DNA of 64,000 nucleotides from a virus: IMG/VR virus record IMGVR_UViG_3300045988_182793, positions 1 to 64,000 of that record; one strand, 5' to 3'. Shown piece by piece: positions 59,056 to 64,000 of this stretch (position 1 is its first letter; each line of letters starts with the position of its first letter). The notes under the pieces were generated by a model. It saw only the letters and a program-made list of their open reading frames with translations, ran no database searches and was not told where the DNA came from. The position numbers and the translations under genes were made by a program.

Positions 59056-60189
59056 ATGAGTAATCAGAAAATCATCAAAGCAATCGCAGGGATTGCAGCA
59101 GCCGGTATGATGGCAACTTGTCTGCCTGTCGCAGCATTCGCAGCCACCGGCGACACCTATCATTTCTCTTTCAGCAACGGTTCTTCCCAGGACCTGGCTC
59201 CGGGCGGCTCTATGACGTTCCCGGCAAGCCAGTATGACTACGGTTACTGGATTACCCTGCAGGGCCACGGCGGCTACACCTACAACTACTATCCCGGCGA
59301 CACTCTGCCGTACGATGCAGTTGACCAGTGGTTCACCGCTGACGGCATCACTTCCTGCTATGCGGCCGAAGGTAATCCGCGTTCCATCACCATCAACTAT
59401 CAGATTGACGGCAACACTGTGCTGACCGAAACTGACACCGCCACTTTCCCCGGCAGCGTTGATGGTCAGAGCGTTGAAGCCTGGACCACGGATTCCGGTG
59501 ATACTTACACCGCATCCAGCAAGAGCCTGAACCATGACCGCCTGTTCTACTACCTGGGCGACGACATCCACGACAACGTCCTGACCCTGAAAGCCACTTC
59601 TGCATCCACTCCCGATGACGGCAAGGATGACAACAAGGGCGATGACAAGGGCGATGTCACCAACCCCGACGATAAGGGCGACAACAAGGGCGACAATACC
59701 GGCGACAGCGGCACCACCACTCCCGATGACAAGGGCGACGTAGTGGCCCCCGATAAGGACAACACCGGTAAGGACAACACTTCTACCGGCTCCAACAAGG
59801 GCAACGGTACTACCACCACTACTCCGACCGCTCCTCGCAAGAACGTTGAAGTCTCTGAGCACGGTGAAATTGCCGCCGCTATTGCCAATGGCACCTGGGG
59901 CAATGAGTACACCGTCTGCACCAGCTGTGGCTATCACAACTGGACCCGCAAGGGTAACGTTTACGTCTGTGACCATTGTGGTCACGAAGTCCTGACTGTC
60001 AAGGGCGCTGATGGCGTCAAGGGTTATGCTGGCACTCTGGCTGGCAATGAACCCCAGTACGCTTCTACCTCTGAAGCTCAGGCTGCTGCTGAAAAGCGTG
60101 AAGCCGCTTATGCCGCTTCCATCGCTGCTCTGCAGGCACAGGTTGCCGCTCGTGAAGCTGCTTATGCCGCTTCCCTGGGCATCCACTAA
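59056..60189 (+). CDS. secreted protein with DDKGD repeats and C-terminal CxxC..CxxC zinc-ribbon and coiled coil
   Basis: signal peptide MSNQKIIKAIAGIAAAGMMATCLPVAAFA. Confidence 0.6.
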   Translation: MSNQKIIKAIAGIAAAGMMATCLPVAAFAATGDTYHFSFSNGSSQDLAPGGSMTFPASQYDYGYWITLQGHGGYTYNYYPGDTLPYDAVDQWFTADGITSCYAAEGNPRSITINYQIDGNTVLTETDTATFPGSVDGQSVEAWTTDSGDTYTASSKSLNHDRLFYYLGDDIHDNVLTLKATSASTPDDGKDDNKGDDKGDVTNPDDKGDNKGDNTGDSGTTTPDDKGDVVAPDKDNTGKDNTSTGSNKGNGTTTTTPTAPRKNVEVSEHGEIAAAIANGTWGNEYTVCTSCGYHNWTRKGNVYVCDHCGHEVLTVKGADGVKGYAGTLAGNEPQYASTSEAQAAAEKREAAYAASIAALQAQVAAREAAYAASLGIH

Positions 60190-60235
60190 TTTGCCATCCT
60201 CTAACTAACGGTAATCGATAGTTTTTTCTCCTTGC

Positions 60236-60272
60236 TGTGGGGCGGGATTTCGGTCCCGCCCCATCCTTTTAT
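60236..60272 (+). terminator. rho-independent terminator
   Basis: GGGGCGGGATTTCGGTCCCGCCCC. Confidence 0.6.
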
Positions 60273-60361
60273 GGTCAGATGTCCGAGTGGTTTAAGGAAC
60301 TGGTCTTGAAAACCAGCGGCGCCGCAAACGTCCGTGGGTTCGAATCCCACTCTGGCCGCCA
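60273..60361 (+). tRNA. tRNA-Ser (TGA), long variable arm
   Basis: cloverleaf traced. Confidence 0.7.
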
Positions 60362-60364
60362 TGC

Positions 60365-60396
60365 TTGCCGGGGCTTCCCGGCTTTTTTGTTTTTGT
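60365..60396 (+). terminator. rho-independent terminator
   Basis: GCCGGGGCTTCCCGGC TTTTTT. Confidence 0.7.
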
Positions 60397-60474
60397 GAGC
60401 AACACAAGGCAACAGATTGCTATATCGAATAGTGTTATGTATACTAGAGAAAAAGCAGATTAAGAGGAAACGCC

Positions 60475-61179
60475 ATGACAAAACAGTCTGACATTGAGAT
60501 GGTTGCCAAAGCCAGAGCTTGGGCTGTTAAGGCTCATGCCGGGCAAAAAGACAAGGCGGGGAAGGATTACTTCAAAGCGCACGTTACGGTTGTAGCAGAA
60601 GGCGTAAAAGGTGACCCAATAGCCGAGGCTGTGGCATTTCTGCATGATACGGTCGAAGATACGTCCGTCACAATAGAAGACATCAGAACGGGGTTTCCAA
60701 AAGAGGTTGCTGACACTGTGAGTACGTTGACCCATAGCAAGGGTATATCGTATGCTGAATATCTTTGGTATATTCAGCAAAATTCTATTGCTGTCAAAGT
60801 AAAGCTCTCGGACCTGCGCAGCAATATGGACTTAACCAGGCTCCCTCACACTCCAACTGAAAGGGACTTGGAAAGAACCAGAAAATACAAGCGGGCATAT
60901 ACGATACTGTCATCGAGAGAAGGCATAAGCGCAGTTAATCCGTATGCACTGTACGACTACTTGCTGGCAAACAACTGGAGCGTCAAAAGGAAAAGCACGA
61001 GGACTCCCGTTCTGGAAACAACGAATGGTTCTGCTGAAATCAAGGTGCCCATCGACCTGGCTTTGGCTGACTATGAGTCCAGGATGGCTGAGGCTTTAAG
61101 CGAATTGTGTTCGTGTGAGGGCATACCGTTCTCGAATGCAATAGCGCAGATTGCTGTTTGGAGACCGGTCAAACAATGA
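60475..61179 (+). CDS. RelA/SpoT-type HD-domain small alarmone hydrolase-like protein with ~100-aa C-terminal extension
   Basis: KAHAGQKDKAGKDYFKAHV...AVAFLHDTVEDT...KLSDLRSNM. Confidence 0.7.
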   Translation: MTKQSDIEMVAKARAWAVKAHAGQKDKAGKDYFKAHVTVVAEGVKGDPIAEAVAFLHDTVEDTSVTIEDIRTGFPKEVADTVSTLTHSKGISYAEYLWYIQQNSIAVKVKLSDLRSNMDLTRLPHTPTERDLERTRKYKRAYTILSSREGISAVNPYALYDYLLANNWSVKRKSTRTPVLETTNGSAEIKVPIDLALADYESRMAEALSELCSCEGIPFSNAIAQIAVWRPVKQ

Positions 61180-61212
61180 GCATGGGCCTGCTATTATTTT
61201 TATGAAAAGCCT

Positions 61213-61241
61213 TGACTTTGGCTTTTACATATTGTATAATT
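61213..61241 (+). promoter_or_regulatory. sigma70 promoter TTGACT-17-TATAAT
   Basis: read directly. Confidence 0.55.
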
Positions 61242-61276
61242 AAGATGCTGAATTTGATGAAAGGAAAACTGCACGA

Positions 61277-61396
61277 TGTTTGCTGCCATGATGAACAAAC
61301 AGAACAAATTGCAAAAGCTGTGGAGCAATTGGAATCTCTTCGGCTGTTTTGTGTTGTCTGTTTGTGCAAATCATAGTGCAGTGATGGTTGAATAAA
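61277..61396 (+). CDS. small hydrophobic peptide (39 aa) candidate
   Basis: RBS GAAAGGAAA; followed by terminator at 61434-61478. Confidence 0.25.
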
Positions 61397-61724
61397 ATCA
61401 TCCAAGTATCGGTTGTTTTCCATACTCTGCACGATATGAGCACCTGTCAGACGCACAACGCCTGATGGGTGCTTTTTTGATGCAGAAAATCAGAATCAGG
61501 TCACTCTAATGCCGCTGGAGTGAATTCCAGCCAGGCTTATTAAAGTGTATGCTATTATACATAATGTATATTCGAGGATTCGCCAAACGGTAAGGCATCA
61601 GGCTTTGACCCTGACAACGGTTGTTCGACTCGACCATTCTCGACCAACGCTCACTTTCATGCGCATCGGAAGTGAGATTCCTCAAAGCTGTGTTCCCATA
61701 AGCAAGGCACGGAAGATGCGCGAC

Positions 61725-61800
61725 AAGTGCTCGTAACTCAATCGGTAGAGTACCCGACTTTTAATCGGGGTGTTCGGGATTCGATTTCCCGCGAGCGCAC
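61725..61800 (+). tRNA. tRNA-Lys (TTT)
   Basis: cloverleaf traced. Confidence 0.7.
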
Positions 61801-61833
61801 CATGCCCGGCAGAGCATTATCTGCCACTTTTGT

Positions 61834-61909
61834 GGGTGTATAGCTCAGTAGGCAGAGCGGCGGACCGTTAATCCGTTTGTCGCAGGTTCAAATCCTGCTA
61901 CGCCCGCCA
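61834..61909 (+). tRNA. tRNA-Asn (GTT) copy 1
   Basis: cloverleaf traced. Confidence 0.7.
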
Positions 61910-61912
61910 TAA

Positions 61913-61990
61913 GCTCCTCTGGTGAAATTGGCAGACACAGTGCGCTCAAACCGCACCGTTTTGAGGGTTCGAATCCCTCGGGGAGTACCA
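61913..61990 (+). tRNA. tRNA with Leu-type D-arm and anticodon CAA but short (class I) variable region
   Basis: 78 nt; atypical for Leu. Confidence 0.5.
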
Positions 61991-62019
61991 TGTCCGGCAG
62001 TACAACAACTGCCATTTAT

Positions 62020-62095
62020 GGGTTGTTAGCTCAGCTGGTAGAGCAACGGACCGTTAATCCGTGGGCCGCAGGTTCAAACCCTGTACAACCCGCCA
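62020..62095 (+). tRNA. tRNA-Asn (GTT) copy 2
   Basis: cloverleaf traced. Confidence 0.7.
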
Positions 62096-62098
62096 TAT

Positions 62099-62173
62099 GC
62101 TCCAGTGGCGAAACTGGCAAACGCGGCGGCTTTAAGTCCCGTTTTACTCTGGGTTCGACTCCCAGCTGGAGTA
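62099..62173 (+). tRNA. tRNA-like pseudogene (Leu-type D arm, TTTAAGT loop, no formable anticodon stem)
   Basis: acceptor and T arm fit, anticodon stem cannot pair. Confidence 0.3.
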
Positions 62174-62180
62174 TCTATAT

Positions 62181-62256
62181 AGGGGTGTAGCTCAAGTGGT
62201 AGAGCAGCGGTCTCCAAAACCGCTTGTTGCATGTTCGAGTCGTGTTACCCCTGCCA
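62181..62256 (+). tRNA. tRNA-Trp (CCA)
   Basis: cloverleaf traced; A1-U72. Confidence 0.65.
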
Positions 62257-62265
62257 CAATAAGAA

Positions 62266-62300
62266 AAGCCGTCCTCGCATAAGAGGCGGCTTTTTGTTTT
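62266..62300 (+). terminator. rho-independent terminator
   Basis: GCCGTCCTC..GAGGCGGC TTTTTGTTTT. Confidence 0.65.
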
Positions 62301-62626
62301 GGAGAGTATACAGACCAAAAAACTAAACCACAAGTTGATTGCGAACTTGCGAAAACATGGTATAATAATATCAGAACGAAACGAAAGGAGATACCCCAAA
62401 ATGCTGTGCAACACTGTTAATGTCATGTCGTATGAGTATAGTTACGAATATTCTGAGTTCATGTCCTTTGAACGCAGTTTTATTTCTCATACTCCTCGAC
62501 AGGCAAAAACAGACCATGTACAGATGCGGTGCGTCTTCTAAGCGATAACTGCATGTCATAGCTGCTTGTCGAGATTTCGGCAGGCAGCTTTTTTGTTGCC
62601 TGCAATACAGAAAGGCAGCAAGAAAA

Positions 62627-62848
62627 ATGAACGTTCCTACTATTGATATCCAGCAGACAGGTGCCAATATCAAGGCCCTGCGAAAGGCAGCAGGCATAAA
62701 GGTGAAGGATGTGGCAGACATGCTCGGTGTGTCTCCGCAGGCGGTTGCTAAATGGCAAGCCGGAACCGCGCTTCCCACCATCGATAACCTTGTGATATTA
62801 GCAGCAATGCTCGATACGAAAATTGATGACATCCTTGTCATCGCATAA
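62627..62848 (+). CDS. XRE-family HTH transcriptional regulator (73 aa)
   Basis: IKALRKAAGIKVKDVADMLGVSPQAVAKWQAG. Confidence 0.75.
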   Translation: MNVPTIDIQQTGANIKALRKAAGIKVKDVADMLGVSPQAVAKWQAGTALPTIDNLVILAAMLDTKIDDILVIA

Positions 62849-62877
62849 ACCCTCGCCGCAGGATTGCGGCTATATAT

Positions 62878-62957
62878 GGCCCGTTGGACGAATTGGTAGA
62901 GTTGCCGCCCTTTCACGGCGGAGGTTATTGTGGGTTCGAAACCCACACGGGTCACCA
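62878..62957 (+). tRNA. tRNA-Glu (TTC) with unusually long (8-nt) variable region
   Basis: cloverleaf traced; resembles Firmicute tRNA-Glu ends. Confidence 0.6.
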
Positions 62958-62958
62958 T

Positions 62959-63034
62959 GCTTCTGTAGCTCAGTTGGTAGAGCAGCGGTCTGAAGAACCG
63001 CGTGTCGCTGGTTCGATTCCAGCCGGGAGCACCA
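62959..63034 (+). tRNA. tRNA-Phe (GAA)
   Basis: cloverleaf traced; 1-nt spacer after Glu. Confidence 0.7.
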
Positions 63035-63037
63035 TAT

Positions 63038-63122
63038 GTGTCGGTATGCAAGAGGTTAAAGCAAACGGTCTGTAAAACCGCTCCGTTACGGTTCGCTGGT
63101 TCGAATCCAGTCCGACACACCA
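63038..63122 (+). tRNA. tRNA-Tyr (GTA), long variable arm
   Basis: cloverleaf traced, 85 nt. Confidence 0.7.
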
Positions 63123-63125
63123 TAA

Positions 63126-63199
63126 GGCCCCTTCGACAAGTTGGTCCAAGTCGCCAGCCTCTCAAGCTGGAGTCGGCAGTTCGAGTCTGCCAGGGGTCA
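63126..63199 (+). tRNA. tRNA-Glu (CTC), no encoded CCA
   Basis: aligns to tRNA-Glu architecture. Confidence 0.55.
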
Positions 63200-63231
63200 C
63201 TACGTCGCACCTACGTTAAAAGGTGCATTAT

Positions 63232-63321
63232 GCAGAGGTCGCCTAACGGTAGGGCAGCAGCTTGCTAAGCTGCCGTCGCGGAAATCGCGGCATGTGAGTT
63301 CGAATCTCACCCTCTGCGCCA
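63232..63321 (+). tRNA. tRNA-Ser (GCT), long variable arm
   Basis: cloverleaf traced, 90 nt. Confidence 0.7.
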
Positions 63322-63770
63322 TCTGCTTGCTTGTTCGAGTGGTTGATGAAATCGGTCCAGAAAACCGACGATGGGAGACTGTCCGAAGGTTCGAATCCTT
63401 CAGCAAGCGCCACTGCCCTCATTCTGTGCGGTATCCGTGCAGGTGAGGGCTTTTTCTTTTGCTTTTCGCTTCGAATTTCGGACTCGAATGGCGTTAATGG
63501 TCGGATATTCTTGATTATACATGCCTTTGCTGTATGGCAAATAGCTCCAAACATATTGGTTTTTACACCCAATTCTTCTGCAATTTCAGGAACTGACATA
63601 CCGTTCGCACGCAGCTTCCCGATTTTTTCTGATGTTTCATCTGACCAGGCCCCGGCCGTAATCAGTATTTTGCGCACTTTCTGCAATGAGATGCCTGCAC
63701 GTTTGGCAATGGTTCTTCTAGGTATACCTTGCTCATGGAGCCGGAGAACCGTCTGCATTGTCGCGTCCAT
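63243..63770 (-). CDS. HTH-repeat protein (same repeat family), ORF 3' end overlaps tRNAs on opposite strand
   Basis: GIPRRTIAKRAGISLQKVRKIL and GMSVPEIAEELGVKTNMFG units; first in-frame stop not until 63243. Confidence 0.4.
   Translation of the reverse strand: MDATMQTVLRLHEQGIPRRTIAKRAGISLQKVRKILITAGAWSDETSEKIGKLRANGMSVPEIAEELGVKTNMFGAICHTAKACIIKNIRPLTPFESEIRSEKQKKKPSPARIPHRMRAVALAEGFEPSDSLPSSVFWTDFINHSNKQADGAEGEIRTHMPRFPRRQLSKLLPYR
63325..63412 (+). tRNA. class II tRNA with anticodon loop CCAGAAA (reads as AGA; Ser-like)
   Basis: clean stems; C33 and A34 non-canonical. Confidence 0.5.
63413..63462. terminator. bidirectional terminator
   Basis: GCCCTCA...TGAGGGC + TTTTTCTTTT. Confidence 0.65.
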
Positions 63771-64000
63771 TTGTCAGTACCTCGCCGTTATCGATTTTTG
63801 TATTGCCCTAATTGTTGTACTTTAATCATACAGCAAAGCAACAAAATTGTCCAGGAAGCAAAAGTGCCTTCATTTGCCACTGATTCATCCGTTCGGAACG
63901 ATATCGAAAATACCTTGATATTATTCCGATGCAATATTCCGATAAGCCGACTTTGTTCCGCAAATTGTGGATTGGATTCCTACCAAAGTTTGAAAGCAGA

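Noticed and set aside
58918-60186. 422-aa minus-strand Gly/Val/Ser-rich ORF
   Set aside because: Antisense of the Asp/Lys/Gly-repeat secreted protein gene. Composition is an artefact of the repeats.
62371-63210. 279-aa minus-strand ORF across the tRNA block
   Set aside because: Overlaps six tRNA genes. Arg/Cys/Pro-rich translation typical of tRNA antisense.
1-64000. CRISPR arrays
   Set aside because: No run of regularly spaced identical repeats with unique spacers was found. The only periodic repeats are the 11-bp iterons at 473-545 and protein-level repeats.
1-64000. Phage structural/integrase genes or conjugation genes
   Set aside because: None recognisable by motif. The phage interpretation therefore rests on architecture (strand bias, tRNA array, promoter regulon, anti-defence cargo) and remains an inference.

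Overview
This 64-kb window reads as the non-structural (early/accessory) part of a large phage or phage-like mobile element. GC is about 50%, and the host is probably a gut Firmicute, though I cannot confirm the taxon from sequence alone.

Four lines of evidence support the phage reading:
- Nearly every gene is on the + strand, and no capsid, terminase, portal or tail genes are present.
- One unusual promoter-like motif, TTGCAC-n-TGTGCGAAT-n5-(T/G)ACAAT, recurs at least 14 times from 6.7 to 51.9 kb, always upstream of + strand genes.
- The right end (57.2-63.4 kb) carries about 17 tightly packed tRNA genes, several structurally atypical, interleaved with small ORFs, a small-alarmone-hydrolase HD gene and HTH regulators.
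- Accessory cargo includes a DEAD/DEAH SF2 helicase, a UvrD-like SF1 helicase, a PLD-like plus SF3 P-loop protein, a NADAR/YbiA domain, a Macro domain and a Pol-beta-type nucleotidyltransferase. It also includes an EcoRI-family N6A methyltransferase translationally coupled to an unknown protein and a DUF262+HNH nuclease (a candidate undescribed restriction-like system), a radical-SAM protein, an ATP-grasp-like protein, a DUF3990/DUF3791 pair, three consecutive genes made of tandem ~50-aa HTH repeats (12 repeats in all) followed by an AAA+ ATPase and a PD-(D/E)xK nuclease, and a giant DUF285/LRR surface protein.

Two OMEGA-type IS200/IS605 elements are present. An IscB element with an upstream candidate omega-RNA sits at 14.6-16.5 kb, inserted into a small HTH-repeat regulator gene. 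A TnpB-like element at 47.06-49.24 kb is frameshifted, lacks the zinc finger, and has a structured 3' RNA.

The left 6.5 kb differs from the rest: an iteron-like 11-bp repeat array, tandem paralogous lipoprotein genes with a duplicated upstream element, a TTCTGGAA motif cluster, and a reverse-strand three-gene cassette ending in an HD-domain protein, which is a candidate defence module. A SPFH/flotillin - membrane - vWA trio lies at 7-11.4 kb, and a roughly 110-bp remnant of the vWA gene reappears at 32.68 kb. No CRISPR array was seen.

All coordinates and family assignments are by-eye motif calls and should be confirmed computationally.
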